A stretch of DNA of 64,000 nucleotides from Candidatus Latescibacterota bacterium (lineage in GTDB: Bacteria; Latescibacterota; UBA2968): positions 2,944,001 to 3,008,000 of the forward strand of contig OZ242010.1 of the NCBI GenBank assembly GCA_965204745.1, read 5' to 3'. The position numbers were made by a program, and so were the translations under genes. The first letter of the stretch is position 1, and every line of letters starts with the position of its first letter. Below the pieces are notes generated by a model, which did not search any database, had not been told where the DNA came from, and was given only the letters and a program-made list of their open reading frames with translations. Below are positions 18,671 to 28,993 of this stretch, piece after piece.

Positions 18671-21553
18671 TCAATCATCGTCGGCATCCAACCATTCTTC
18701 TGATGTCCAATGCGCGGTGTGAGGTTGACAATCCGCTACGGCAAGGGGGAGTATCCCATTGGGATGTTTGAAACGAGTGCTTGCCGTGCCAATTAGCCGC
18801 CCGGCCTCCTTCATCAAGTGGTTGTAAGACTGCCGACGTGCTTGAAGATTCAATTGGGGCATGGAAGCAGATGCAACAGGCGATACCAGCCACTCCGAAA
18901 GGAAGAGGGGATTTTTTGTTATTTTTCCATCTGTTGTAAAAAGCGTTATAAATTCTTCGGATAAAGCATCGCCTTGGTCGTTCTGCCAGCGCAGTTTCAG
19001 TGCAGCGAGTACCCCAGGTAACGTTCCTGTTGGTAATAAAATTGAGGCATAGTACCCATCGAATGGGTGCGATTTTGCAACGTCAACCATATATTGAAAA
19101 AACGGGGTTTTGAAATCGAGTAGCACGACATTCTTCAAACGCTGTGCAAGACGACGGTCGGTTGTAATCCTGACCACGGTTCTTTGATGAAATTCCGAGA
19201 ACTTACCGCGCATTTCCTCCGGAAGACGAATTTCCAGCACTTTGTCGTCGTACAGCGTGGTTTGAATATCTATCCCGACAAACGGCAACATCCCGCGAAT
19301 GAACAGATCGACATGTTGCATGGTAAACCCGATAGTGCCACTCAGCGCGTTGGGATCGTAACCTGCGACATGACTGAATATCTCATCTTGTAATTCCTTG
19401 GCGCGTCGCGCACTGGCCAGTGCTTCGTCAATTTGATCGGTCGTGCGATGGATTTCCATCGTGGTTGTCGCTCGGAGAATTGAAGCCATGTCCAGATTGT
19501 CCAGTACATCGCCGAGAATCTCAGCATAAAGGCGGTCATTGTATTCTGTGCCGACCGGAGCCATATCTTGCGCGATCTGGGTTACGCGTTGGAGCATGAG
19601 GTCAATCGCAGCATTGTCGAAGTTGTCGTGTGCATGTAAGTTGAACACAATGACGGGTTCGTTCTGTCCATATCGGTATAGTCGGCCGATGCGCTGTACC
19701 AATCGCGCAGGGTTCCAGGGTAGATCGTAATTCACGATAACGTGGCAGGTTTCATGAAGATTGATGCCTTCGCCACCAGCCTCAGTCGAGATCATGAATT
19801 GTGCAGACGTGTTAAACGCTTCGATAGCTGCGAGTTTCTCATCAAGTGTCATAGAACCGTTAATCAAGACGACGCCGTTCGCATTGCCAAAGCAATATTC
19901 GACTGCTTCTTGAATATATGTCTGCGTTCCTCGGTACTCGGTGAAGACGAGCAATTTCTCGCCATCTGCGACAAGTGGTTTTACGACTTCGTTGAGGAAT
20001 AAGCGCAGTTTTTCGTCATTTTGCCGCACGATTTTCGCGGCGTCGAGCAATTGCCCAATCATTTCGCGTTCACGAGAAAAAAATTCCGCGGCTGAAGCCA
20101 TAGATATACGCGATTCGAGATCATCTTGATCGTCTCCCCCCTCAATCAGATCCTCGACCGTGAATTGTTCCTGTAGGTCTCTATCCGTTCCTAAATTCAG
20201 TTCCCCGGACAACCTCTCAAGTCGAAGTTGAAGTGCTCTCTCAATCGCCGCAATACTCGACGAGGCCAACTTCCGATACGTCGTCATAACAAAACCGATG
20301 GCGCGGCCAATATTTCCGGCATTCTCGCCGGAGCGGTATCCACGGATCAGATAGTCTCGCAAGAGTTTGCCAAATGCGCGTGTGGCTCGAGACGGCTCTA
20401 CGGGAATCCGATGAATAACCTGCCCTTTGAATATGAATTTTCCATCGGCGTCGGTGACTTCGTTCTTGCGGTTTCGCAGGATAATATCGCTGACGATTTC
20501 GGGATTGGCTTCGAGTGTACGTATCTGTGGGCGCAGATCAGGGCGCACGAGTTCCAGTATCGAAAGGAACCGGTCCTCATAGCCTTGATGAGGCGTGCCA
20601 CTCAACAAGAGGAACGCATCAGCCATTGGGCGCAACATCTCCGCCAATCGGTAGCGATCCGTTCGCACGCCGCTTTCATATCGCGTGAGTTTATGGCCCT
20701 CATCAAAGACGACAATGTCCCAGCCGTCGGTTTGTCGAAATGTCTCCAAGTGGTGTGGCTGTTTGGCGAGATCAATGGATACGATGACGTGATCGTATTG
20801 TTTCCAATGCTCCGATCTGTTGATCGTAAAGTCACGACCATAGATCATGAATTGTTGATCGAATTTGTACTGAAGTTCATCCTGCCACTGCCTAACCAGA
20901 CCCGCTGGTGAGACCACGAGCACGCGGCGGGCTTGCCCCTTTTGTTTGAGTGCTGCAAGCAAAAGGCCGACCTCAATGGTCTTACCGAGACCTACGTCAT
21001 CGGCGATCAGCCAGTTGTAGTTTCCCGAACTCAGTATTCTGTGAACGAGTTGTATCTGGTGCGGAAGTGGGTCAACTTCCAAGCGGTCAAGGGCACCGGT
21101 CAGATGATTCCAGTTCTCGAGCGCATGGGCGAGAAGTCGCAGACGCAAGCGTTCCGCGTGATCATCCACAGAGGTCTCGGCACGTTCATAACGCATCGCA
21201 ACATCTTTGATCCGCCGCAGATTCTCATAAGGTAGCCAGACCGAACGGCCGTCATTATTGAGCTGTACGAGCAACTGCTCGCGACCACCCAACTCGCGGC
21301 CACCAATGACACGGCCCTCGCCCAGTGATTTACGCGTCGCAGAGATGGGGACATCTTGGACTGCCCACCCCTGTTGAAAACCCGATCTGAGAACAGCCAA
21401 CGGTACCCATTCCTCATTGGAAGTACCCCAAGCAATTCTCATCTCGACGCGGTCCAAGGTCTTCCGGTGTTCGACAACCCATCCTAATGGACCGTTTTTA
21501 TCGCGGCGGCGAACCCAACATCCATCCACGGGAATCAGATTATCGGCGGTCAT
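18671..21553 (-). CDS. SNF2-family helicase/ATPase (RapA/DrmD-like)
   Basis: PLPHQ, ADDVGLGKTIE, DEGH, LSGTP, STEAGGEGINL, DLPWNP, QRIGRLYR. Confidence 0.93.
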   Translation of the reverse strand: MTADNLIPVDGCWVRRRDKNGPLGWVVEHRKTLDRVEMRIAWGTSNEEWVPLAVLRSGFQQGWAVQDVPISATRKSLGEGRVIGGRELGGREQLLVQLNNDGRSVWLPYENLRRIKDVAMRYERAETSVDDHAERLRLRLLAHALENWNHLTGALDRLEVDPLPHQIQLVHRILSSGNYNWLIADDVGLGKTIEVGLLLAALKQKGQARRVLVVSPAGLVRQWQDELQYKFDQQFMIYGRDFTINRSEHWKQYDHVIVSIDLAKQPHHLETFRQTDGWDIVVFDEGHKLTRYESGVRTDRYRLAEMLRPMADAFLLLSGTPHQGYEDRFLSILELVRPDLRPQIRTLEANPEIVSDIILRNRKNEVTDADGKFIFKGQVIHRIPVEPSRATRAFGKLLRDYLIRGYRSGENAGNIGRAIGFVMTTYRKLASSSIAAIERALQLRLERLSGELNLGTDRDLQEQFTVEDLIEGGDDQDDLESRISMASAAEFFSREREMIGQLLDAAKIVRQNDEKLRLFLNEVVKPLVADGEKLLVFTEYRGTQTYIQEAVEYCFGNANGVVLINGSMTLDEKLAAIEAFNTSAQFMISTEAGGEGINLHETCHVIVNYDLPWNPARLVQRIGRLYRYGQNEPVIVFNLHAHDNFDNAAIDLMLQRVTQIAQDMAPVGTEYNDRLYAEILGDVLDNLDMASILRATTTMEIHRTTDQIDEALASARRAKELQDEIFSHVAGYDPNALSGTIGFTMQHVDLFIRGMLPFVGIDIQTTLYDDKVLEIRLPEEMRGKFSEFHQRTVVRITTDRRLAQRLKNVVLLDFKTPFFQYMVDVAKSHPFDGYYASILLPTGTLPGVLAALKLRWQNDQGDALSEEFITLFTTDGKITKNPLFLSEWLVSPVASASMPQLNLQARRQSYNHLMKEAGRLIGTASTRFKHPNGILPLAVADCQPHTAHWTSEEWLDADDD

Positions 21554-21617
21554 AAGCTCGTCTTTTTTGGTTGTTGCGATTTAAGTAGGAACGAATATGG
21601 CCTGAGTCGAAACGAGC

Positions 21618-22643
21618 CTAAAAAGCTCCTTGACGTATGGCAACGAGGTCCGAGGCGTCCGAAAACTGCCGCCACCAACCGTAGTCGTCCACGAGATCTG
21701 GTTCTTCACTGTACGCTTGCATCATATCGAAGCCATCGCAGAGGATTTGGATTTGGGCATTTTCGGTTTTCGCGGCAATGAATGCGGGAAAACTCACATA
21801 ACCGGGGGTTCCAGGCGAAGTTGCCATCCACTCGTCAAACCACTTGTCGTCGATCATCATTTCCGGCGGGTACTCCCAACGTGCAAGGCACACGCGCCGT
21901 GCAAGTGTCCAAGATAAGGCTGTCTCTCCACGGTGTTGCATGTGGCGGATTTGTCCGCGATAGCGATAATACCACCATCCCGACCTATGCTCCCATATAT
22001 TTCGCAATTCCACCATGGCTTTGAGGGTGTTGAGATCGAGATCTTCGGCGGCGGTCTGGATCGCCCGAAATGTCATTGCATGAGTACGGTGCTCAAATAG
22101 GTTAACCAAAAAATAGAGTGCCTCGTCTTGCTCTCGTTTGCTCGGCAAGCCGAGTATGCGCGTAATGGTGGCAGCTTTTGTTTTCGCTTTTTGGAGGGAT
22201 GGTTCTTCCGGTTCCAATTCCCATGGATCTCGTTGTGCTCCTTCATCAAAGTCGTAGAGTCCTCCAAAGTCGCTATGGAGTAGCGTATCCTTTACAGCAA
22301 AGTCGTTTGTCCGTTCGGTGTCTTCTCGAAAAAAATTTTGCCATTTCGCATCCTCGGTAACTTCACCATCATAAGGCGATGTTTCCCCCATATAGTCAGA
22401 TGATAAATCGGCTGTGTCCTGAGTGTCCGTGCGATAGTCGGAGTTCAGTTCTGCGCCATCCCGTTTTGCGACCTCATGCGCTTCGTCGATTTGTGCGTCG
22501 TTGTTGTCGAGTGCCCAGGGGTCGATAAAAACAGGATCATCAATCGGTATTGGCTGATGATCCTCATTTTCCCAATTCAAATCTGCCGAGGACTTCGAGG
22601 CGTGCCGTGCGTCGTATTCGTATTTCTGAGTTTTGTCATTCAT
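21618..22643 (-). CDS. Hypothetical protein, acidic N-terminal half and Trp-rich C-terminal domain
   Basis: 341-aa ORF with AGGAGG RBS, co-oriented upstream of the helicase. Confidence 0.8.
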   Translation of the reverse strand: MNDKTQKYEYDARHASKSSADLNWENEDHQPIPIDDPVFIDPWALDNNDAQIDEAHEVAKRDGAELNSDYRTDTQDTADLSSDYMGETSPYDGEVTEDAKWQNFFREDTERTNDFAVKDTLLHSDFGGLYDFDEGAQRDPWELEPEEPSLQKAKTKAATITRILGLPSKREQDEALYFLVNLFEHRTHAMTFRAIQTAAEDLDLNTLKAMVELRNIWEHRSGWWYYRYRGQIRHMQHRGETALSWTLARRVCLARWEYPPEMMIDDKWFDEWMATSPGTPGYVSFPAFIAAKTENAQIQILCDGFDMMQAYSEEPDLVDDYGWWRQFSDASDLVAIRQGAF

Positions 22644-22671
22644 TCATCGTCCTCCTTTTAATTTTTCGTTC

Positions 22672-23802
22672 CTATCGGTCGATCTCGGGCACGACGATGT
22701 CGATGCTGCCCAGGATCGCGACCGCGTCGGCGAGGAGGGTGCCTGGCATGACCGCGGGCATGGTGGAGATGTGGGAGAAGGACGGGGTTCGCAATTTGAG
22801 GCGGAACGGGATGTCGCTGCCGTCGCTGGCGATGTACATGCCGAAACTGCCGCGCGGCGATTCCACGCAAAAATAATAGTCGCCTTGGGCCGGGCGAATG
22901 CGTCTGGGCACGCGGGCCGCGACAAAGGGCCCGTCGGGTATCGCGCTCGTGGCTTGCTCGACAATGCGAATGCTCTGGCGCGTTTCTTCCATGCGGACGA
23001 GCGTGCGGGCAAAGCAATCGCCCTCGGTTTGGGTGGGCACGTCAAAGTCGAACCGGTCGTAAATGCCGTAGGGTTCGGCTTTTCGCACGTCATGGGCTAT
23101 GCCCATCGCGCGCAGGCACGGGCCGGTGATCGCGTACTTTTGAACGAGGTCGGATGCGAAAACGCCCACGCCAATCGTGCGTTCCCGAAAGATGACATTG
23201 CCGATGACCAGCTTTTCGTATTCTTTTAAGCGCGTCCGAAAATAGGTGCAGAAGTCCGCGACTCGCTCGAGGAAGACATCATCGACATCGAGGCTCACGC
23301 CCCCGAATCGCGCGTAGCAATACGTGAGGCGCGATCCCGTGATTCGGTCGAGGATATCGAGGATTTTCTCCCGGTCGTCAAACGCATACAGAAACGGGGT
23401 GAACGCGCCCAGGTCCATCAAAAACGTGCCCAGCCAGAGCAGGTGGCTCGAGATGCGGTTGAGTTCGTTGCAGATGATTCGGATGTACTCGGCGCGTTCT
23501 GGCACGTCAATGCCCATCGCGCGCTCGATGGCTTGGCAATAGCCCACGTTGTAGATCATCCCGCCGAGGTAATCCACGCGGCTCGGGTTGGGCAGGAATT
23601 GGAGGTAATCCCGATTCTCTGCCATTTTCTCGTGCGCGCGGTGGCCGTAGCCGATGATCGGCTCTGCGGAAATCACGCGCTCCCCATCCAGATGCAATTT
23701 GATCCGCATGACGCCGTGTGTCGATGGGTGTTGCGGCCCCATGTTGAGATAGTAAGTATCGCGGTTTTGCGGGTCTTGCGCGACCTCGAATCGGCTGTCC
23801 AT
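22672..23802 (-). CDS. nuoD: NADH-quinone oxidoreductase subunit D
   Basis: LNMGPQHPSTHGVMR, RVDY, ESPRG, DIVVPEIDR; no Ni-binding CxxC. Confidence 0.95.
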   Translation of the reverse strand: MDSRFEVAQDPQNRDTYYLNMGPQHPSTHGVMRIKLHLDGERVISAEPIIGYGHRAHEKMAENRDYLQFLPNPSRVDYLGGMIYNVGYCQAIERAMGIDVPERAEYIRIICNELNRISSHLLWLGTFLMDLGAFTPFLYAFDDREKILDILDRITGSRLTYCYARFGGVSLDVDDVFLERVADFCTYFRTRLKEYEKLVIGNVIFRERTIGVGVFASDLVQKYAITGPCLRAMGIAHDVRKAEPYGIYDRFDFDVPTQTEGDCFARTLVRMEETRQSIRIVEQATSAIPDGPFVAARVPRRIRPAQGDYYFCVESPRGSFGMYIASDGSDIPFRLKLRTPSFSHISTMPAVMPGTLLADAVAILGSIDIVVPEIDR

Positions 23803-23810
23803 TGTGCCTC

Positions 23811-24260
23811 TCACTCGCTGCGATAGGGGTTGGGGGGATCGACAAAGTCTTTGAGCAGGGGATGGCCCACGTAATCTTCTTCCATCAAAATGCGCTTCAA
23901 CTCCGGATGCCCGTCAAACACGACGCCGTACATGTCGAAAATCTCGCGCTCGTACCAGTCCGCAGCCGGGAAGACCGCAACAATGCTGTGCACGGTCGCA
24001 TCTGGTGCAATGTCCGCGGCGATCACCTGCCGCTGGGGCGCGCCGTATTGGTTGAACTGATAGATCAGGCGAAAGACGCTATCCGCCTCCCGCCGGTCTT
24101 GGCAGGTGATCAGTTCGAGGTGAAAGTTGTCTGCTCGAAAGACTTCGGCGATCTGCGGGAGGTCGTCCGGCAATGCCGCGTAGTGCATGTGATACCCGCG
24201 TTCGGAGTACGGCACATCCGCCGAGTCGCTTATGAGTGCGGAGAGGTCGTCCGGGGTCAT
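23811..24260 (-). CDS. nuoC: NADH-quinone oxidoreductase subunit C
   Basis: [31 protein letters not shown]. Confidence 0.93.
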   Translation of the reverse strand: MTPDDLSALISDSADVPYSERGYHMHYAALPDDLPQIAEVFRADNFHLELITCQDRREADSVFRLIYQFNQYGAPQRQVIAADIAPDATVHSIVAVFPAADWYEREIFDMYGVVFDGHPELKRILMEEDYVGHPLLKDFVDPPNPYRSE

Positions 24261-24790
24261 GGTTTGAATTTCTTTCCGGCTTTGATTTTCTCTTCGAGTT
24301 TGAACAGCGCGGCGAACAGGGCTTCAGGGCGCGGCGGGCAGCCGGGTACGTACACATCCACCGGCACGATTTTGTCCGCGCCTTCGACAATGGCGTATTG
24401 CCCGGGATATTTGAACGGGCCGCCGTCAATGGTGCAACCGCCCATGGCAATGGCCCATTTGGGCGCGGGCATCTGATCCCACAGGGTTTTGATCGCAGGG
24501 GCCATCTTGCGCGAGATCGTGCCCGCGAGGATCATCACATCGGCTTGCCGCGCACTCGGGCGAAACACGCCCGCGCCAATGCGGTCGAGGTCGAACCGCG
24601 CCGCGCCTGCGGCCATCATTTCTATCGCGCAACAGGCCAGTCCAAACGTGAGGGGCCACAGGGAGCGCGCCCGGGCGTGGTTGAGCAGGTTTTCCAGCAT
24701 GTCCATGTGGATCAACGGGCCGACCTGTTCGCGCAGTTCTTCGATGTTTTTGGGATCGCCCGCAACAAGGGGGAGGTCGTTGGGTGTCAT
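24257..24790 (-). CDS. nuoB: NADH-quinone oxidoreductase subunit B
   Basis: [32 protein letters not shown]. Confidence 0.95.
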   Translation of the reverse strand: MTPNDLPLVAGDPKNIEELREQVGPLIHMDMLENLLNHARARSLWPLTFGLACCAIEMMAAGAARFDLDRIGAGVFRPSARQADVMILAGTISRKMAPAIKTLWDQMPAPKWAIAMGGCTIDGGPFKYPGQYAIVEGADKIVPVDVYVPGCPPRPEALFAALFKLEEKIKAGKKFKP

Positions 24791-25164
24791 GATTCGCTTC
24801 TCCAGTGCAAAACGCCTTTGCGCCACGCATAGACAATGGCGAGGAAGAGGATGCCGACAAAGATCGTCAATTCGATGAAATCCCGCCAAACATAGGTTCC
24901 CGAGTCGTAGATCACGGCAATGGGCAGAATGTAGAGCACATCGACTTCAAAGGCAACGAAGATGAGCGCGAACAAGTAATAGGCAATGTCAAAGCGCACC
25001 CAAGCACTGCCGATGGTGTCCACCCCGCATTCGTATGTGTCCTTGGTCTTGCGCCCCCGCGCCCGCGGCGAGATGATCAACGGCAACACCACCGGAATCG
25101 CGCCGAGCACCACCCCCGCAACCAACAACGCGCCGAGAAACCCATACTGCGAAATCCAGTCCAT
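24787..25164 (-). CDS. nuoA: NADH-quinone oxidoreductase subunit A
   Basis: [28 protein letters not shown]. Confidence 0.93.
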   Translation of the reverse strand: MDWISQYGFLGALLVAGVVLGAIPVVLPLIISPRARGRKTKDTYECGVDTIGSAWVRFDIAYYLFALIFVAFEVDVLYILPIAVIYDSGTYVWRDFIELTIFVGILFLAIVYAWRKGVLHWRSES

Positions 25165-25180
25165 ACGCTCTCCTTTTGCA

Positions 25181-25624
25181 TCATGCGAATTTCCAAACCA
25201 GCCAAATCAGGATGAACAACACGCCATAAAAAGGCAAAATCGCAGATGAACCCAAACTTCGTGCGAACTGCCGGGCAATTCGCCCCCTCGGACGCACCAC
25301 ATAGAGATCGGACAACGCGACCTCGCCCTTGTGGAGTTTGCCGACAAATGCGTTGTACGAACCGCGAAAAGCGCGTTCCAGTGCCAAGTAATAGGTGTCG
25401 AGAAACAGAAACAGCACTGCCGGGATGAATGCAAGTGGCATGTAATTGACCGTCTCTGTTCGAGTCATCAACACCAACACTGCCGCCACCAGCGTGATGC
25501 ACCATATCTTGCAGGACGCACTGTTGGCCGCCATCCGCTGAATGACTGCCTGAAGGATGGACAAGTGCGTTCTCACCGCATCGGACTCCGCGCAGTATTT
25601 TTTGGTTTGCGCTTGCTCTGCCAT
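25181..25624 (-). CDS. Small multi-TM protein of a family often seen beside TIR-domain genes
   Basis: HLSILQAVIQRMAANS..K.W.ITLV and LDTYYLALER.FR..Y; family link is from memory. Confidence 0.65.
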   Translation of the reverse strand: MAEQAQTKKYCAESDAVRTHLSILQAVIQRMAANSASCKIWCITLVAAVLVLMTRTETVNYMPLAFIPAVLFLFLDTYYLALERAFRGSYNAFVGKLHKGEVALSDLYVVRPRGRIARQFARSLGSSAILPFYGVLFILIWLVWKFA

Positions 25625-25860
25625 GGTTCCTCCTCGTGGTTTATGTGGTTAAACGCATAAATTACAGTGTTCTCAAAATAAATCAAGCGGAGACAAAGAA
25701 CGCGCTATCCCGTTCATCCTTCGCGGGGGAACGCTGTTCTTCGGCTCCTCAAAGCCCACCAGCGAGGGCAATCACACCGGTACCTCAGCATTCGCAAAGA
25801 CAGCACCGTGTGGGCGGGAAGCGCGGACGCCCTCAACCGACGGTCGCCGATAAGACTTCT

Positions 25861-27099
25861 CTAATCCGCATCCTTTCGAGAACTGAAGCAGTACAGGTAT
25901 TCAAACCCCCGCAAATACATTCGGTCGCCCGCAAACACCGGCGACGAGCGATACCCCTCTATCGCATTGCGGGCCAATTCGCGGTACGTCCGTCCCAACC
26001 CAAGGACCAGAGTCGTCCCAGTCTCGGAGCCGACGAACAACTTGTCGCCGGCCAAAGTAACCGAGGGATAGGCACTTTCGCTCCCGCCGCCCAAGTTCAG
26101 CCTCTTTTGATAGACCACTTCGCCCGTGTTCGCGTCGATAACCGCGAACATCTCCTCGCGCGAAATCGCGTACACCAGCCCCTCGTGGATCACCGATGAG
26201 GCATAGTGCCGCGAACCTCGGATGCGCGTCGTCCACCGCACAGGCGTGGGAAACGAATCCGCCACAATCCTGGACAGGCGGCCTAGCCACCCCTCGGGCG
26301 TAAAAGCGGGCATAGCCGTGGGCAACTCGACTGCTTGGGCTTTTTTCTGGATGAAATACACCACCCCGTCCTGCACCACCGGCGCGGCGTATTCCAATTT
26401 GCCGATCTCCTCGGCGAGTTGCTGACCATCCGCGGCCCGGAACACATCGCCCGACGGCGTGATAACCACATCGACCCCACTGATCTTCGTCACCGCCGGC
26501 GATCCCCACTTCGCCTTGGACGACACCCGCCACTTTTCCGCGCCCGTGACCGGATCGAGCCCGAACAGATCGACCAGATGGACGATGAGCACCCCTCCGC
26601 CCAAGACCGGCGAGGCACTGATTCCCCATTCGTGTTGCGGCTTTTGCACGATCCGCGCCCATAGCAATTCCCCATCTACTGTATGCGCCGCCACCGCGCC
26701 GACCCCAAAGACCGAGAACACGCGCTCTCCATCGGTTACCGGCGTCGGCGTAGTGTACCCATTGCTCTCGTGCGCCGAGATAGGCTCGAACGCCACCACA
26801 TCTCCCAAGGCGTGTTGCCACAGGATAGACCCGTCGTTCTGGTCCACGGCCATGATCTGATCCGGCTCGCTGCAAACGAACAAGCGTCCTCCCTCGGCCC
26901 ACAGCACTGGCGAGGCGTTTGACCAAGCGGGCATGGCCGTCTTCCACACCACATTGTCGTCGGGCGACCAATGAATCGGCGGATTCGCGTCGGGATACCG
27001 CCCATCGCCATCCATGCGCCACCCCACAGGCTCTGCGCCCACAGGGGCCTTAAAAGAAAAAACGAACCACAAGACGAAATAACAGGTAGGTCGAATCAT
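25861..27099 (-). CDS. PQQ-like beta-propeller (BamB-like) exported protein
   Basis: NVVWKTAMP..NASPV, TPTPVTDGERV, SSPV repeats; signal peptide. Confidence 0.88.
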   Translation of the reverse strand: MIRPTCYFVLWFVFSFKAPVGAEPVGWRMDGDGRYPDANPPIHWSPDDNVVWKTAMPAWSNASPVLWAEGGRLFVCSEPDQIMAVDQNDGSILWQHALGDVVAFEPISAHESNGYTTPTPVTDGERVFSVFGVGAVAAHTVDGELLWARIVQKPQHEWGISASPVLGGGVLIVHLVDLFGLDPVTGAEKWRVSSKAKWGSPAVTKISGVDVVITPSGDVFRAADGQQLAEEIGKLEYAAPVVQDGVVYFIQKKAQAVELPTAMPAFTPEGWLGRLSRIVADSFPTPVRWTTRIRGSRHYASSVIHEGLVYAISREEMFAVIDANTGEVVYQKRLNLGGGSESAYPSVTLAGDKLFVGSETGTTLVLGLGRTYRELARNAIEGYRSSPVFAGDRMYLRGFEYLYCFSSRKDAD

Positions 27100-27124
27100 C
27101 GCTTTACTCCGAATGGAAAGGTGT

Positions 27125-27198
27125 AAGAGGCAAGAGGCAAGAGGCAAGAGGCAAGAGGCAAGAGGCAAGAGGCAAGAGGCAAGAGGCAAGAGGCAAGA
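27125..27198. repeat. (AAGAGGC)n heptamer array, about 10 copies
   Basis: perfect tandem repeat. Confidence 0.95.
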
Positions 27199-27205
27199 CC
27201 TGTGT

Positions 27206-27246
27206 GTAGGGGCGATGCTCCCGTGCTCGCCCGAAGATACAAGAGG
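27206..27246 (+). repeat. GTAG-REP-like hairpin plus AAGATACAAGAGG tail
   Basis: GTAGGGGCGA..TCGCCC; copies near 31744, 38600 and 50852 (reverse). Confidence 0.75.
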
Positions 27247-27381
27247 TGTTATCAAAACTGTCTGACAAATTATATTCGCAAAAAAATAAATCAAGCGGAT
27301 ACACATTACAACGCGCTGGGGTCAGGCCAGCGTCTTCCACGACAGCGGGTAGCCACAGCGCGTACACCCCGCAACGATGAT

Positions 27382-28260
27382 TTAGACCCGCGGTTTTCTC
27401 TGTTGCACAATCAGCCCTGCAATGATCAGCACCAACCCGACAAATGTGGAGGGGAATATATCTTCGCCGACCAAGAAGTGGATGAACGCCAGGGACAAAA
27501 ACGGGGAGAGGAAAATCAAATTGCCGATTCGCGCTGTGCTGTCCGTTCGCTTCATCGCCGACAGCCACAGCACGAACGCAATGCCCATTTCAAAAACCCC
27601 GATATAGATCGCGCCGCACGCGCCCAAGAGATCGGCCCGCACCTCTGAAAACGCAACGCAAATTGCAAACGCGACGGGCAATGCACACGCGAAATTCAGG
27701 AACACGCCCACGACCGGATCGCGCGTATCCCGCTTGTTAAAAATCCAGTACAACGCCCACAACACGCTGCTGAACAATGCCAGTCCCACGCCCAACGGAT
27801 TGGAAAACCGAAACCCCAGCACGTCGCCCCGGGTGGAAATCACGAACACGCCCGCATAACTCACCGCGCCGCCGATCACATCCCACACGGCCAACTTTTG
27901 GTTCAAAAGCGGAATGGACAACAGCGCGAGGGCGATGGCCCACGTATAATTCAGGGGTTGCGCTTCCTGTGCGGGCAACAGGTCATACGCCTGTAGCAAC
28001 ACCAAATAGTAAGCACACGGATTGAGCATCCCCAAGCCCAAGGATTGCAAATACTGTTGCCGCGTACACAAAAAAACCGCCGCCCATTTGCCCTGAGCAC
28101 CGAGAATAATGCCCAGGACAATGACCGACGTCAACACTGCGTAAAACAACAACTGAATGGGGTCTAAAACGCGCAACGACAACTTAAATGCCGTCGCAGC
28201 AGTGGACCACAGGAACACGGTCAAAATAGCGTAGAGATATGCCTGTGTCTGCGTGGACAT
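27382..28260 (-). CDS. DMT/EamA family transporter
   Basis: about 10 TM, WSTAATAFK, AQPLNYTW, EMGIAFVLW; GGAGG RBS. Confidence 0.9.
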   Translation of the reverse strand: MSTQTQAYLYAILTVFLWSTAATAFKLSLRVLDPIQLLFYAVLTSVIVLGIILGAQGKWAAVFLCTRQQYLQSLGLGMLNPCAYYLVLLQAYDLLPAQEAQPLNYTWAIALALLSIPLLNQKLAVWDVIGGAVSYAGVFVISTRGDVLGFRFSNPLGVGLALFSSVLWALYWIFNKRDTRDPVVGVFLNFACALPVAFAICVAFSEVRADLLGACGAIYIGVFEMGIAFVLWLSAMKRTDSTARIGNLIFLSPFLSLAFIHFLVGEDIFPSTFVGLVLIIAGLIVQQRKPRV

Positions 28261-28267
28261 GTCCATC

Positions 28268-28376
28268 CTCCCCGCTTCCGCTCCGCCGCCCAAGTGCGTG
28301 CCCATCCCCGCTTCCACTCCGCCGCCCAAGTGCGTGCCCCGCTCATCCACCCATCCGCCCGTGCGTGCCCATCCCA
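28268..28376 (-). repeat. GCACGCAC(TT)GGGCGG dispersed repeat, second locus
   Basis: reverse complement of the 1210-1310 repeat. Confidence 0.75.
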
Positions 28377-28585
28377 CCTCCACATCGCCTTGTGCGTTAT
28401 CCTAGCCCATCTTCCCCGACCTCTTGTATCTCGCGGCTGTCTATGCGTTGTAGATTCCGCTCGATACCTAATCGGACAGGCACGGGCCCCCTGTCCCTAC
28501 GATATCACATCTCGCCTTTGGGCGGCTGGGCGGCCTTCTTCCCTCTTGCGTCTCCCCTCTCACCGCTTCAGGCGGCTGGGCGGGG

Positions 28586-28670
28586 ACTGACAACTGACAA
28601 CTGACAACTGACAACTTGAGGACAGCGCGGTGGCCTTCTCCCCTCTCACGTCTCCCCTCTTGTATCTTGG
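28586..28670. repeat. (CTGACAA)4 plus GGTGGCCTTCTC module
   Basis: similar composite at 56983-57037. Confidence 0.8.
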
Positions 28671-28848
28671 GATCAAGGGTTAATTTAGGTGTTGCGCCCT
28701 CGCATCGAGACAAGCCATCTTGATGCCCGGCTCGGGGAAGGCCGGCCCCTCTTGAAGGCGATGACCTTGTACGGGAGATAGGCCCCCCGACCGCCGGGTC
28801 TATGCCGAAGAGTATCTAAGCCCCTTGAGGCTGCATATACAAGAGTAT

Positions 28849-28993
28849 CTCCCTTCTTACGTCTCACCTCTCACCTCTCCCTTCTTACGTCTCACCTCTC
28901 ACCTCTCCCTTCTCACCTCTCCCTTCTCACCTCTCCCTTCTCACCTCTCCCTTCTCACCTCTCCCTTCTCACCTCTCCCTTCTCACCTCTCCC
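28849..28993. repeat. (TCTCACCTCTCCCT)n 14-mer array
   Basis: tandem pyrimidine array overlapping the RraA-family stop codon. Confidence 0.9.

Noticed and set aside
21586-22674. 10-bp inverted repeat TAGGAACGAA/TTCGTTCCTA around the hypothetical gene
   Set aside because: Short, no target duplication or recombinase; compatible with chance.
22672-24790. Group 4 NiFe hydrogenase
   Set aside because: Large subunit lacks both CxxC motifs and ends in NuoD-type EIDR.
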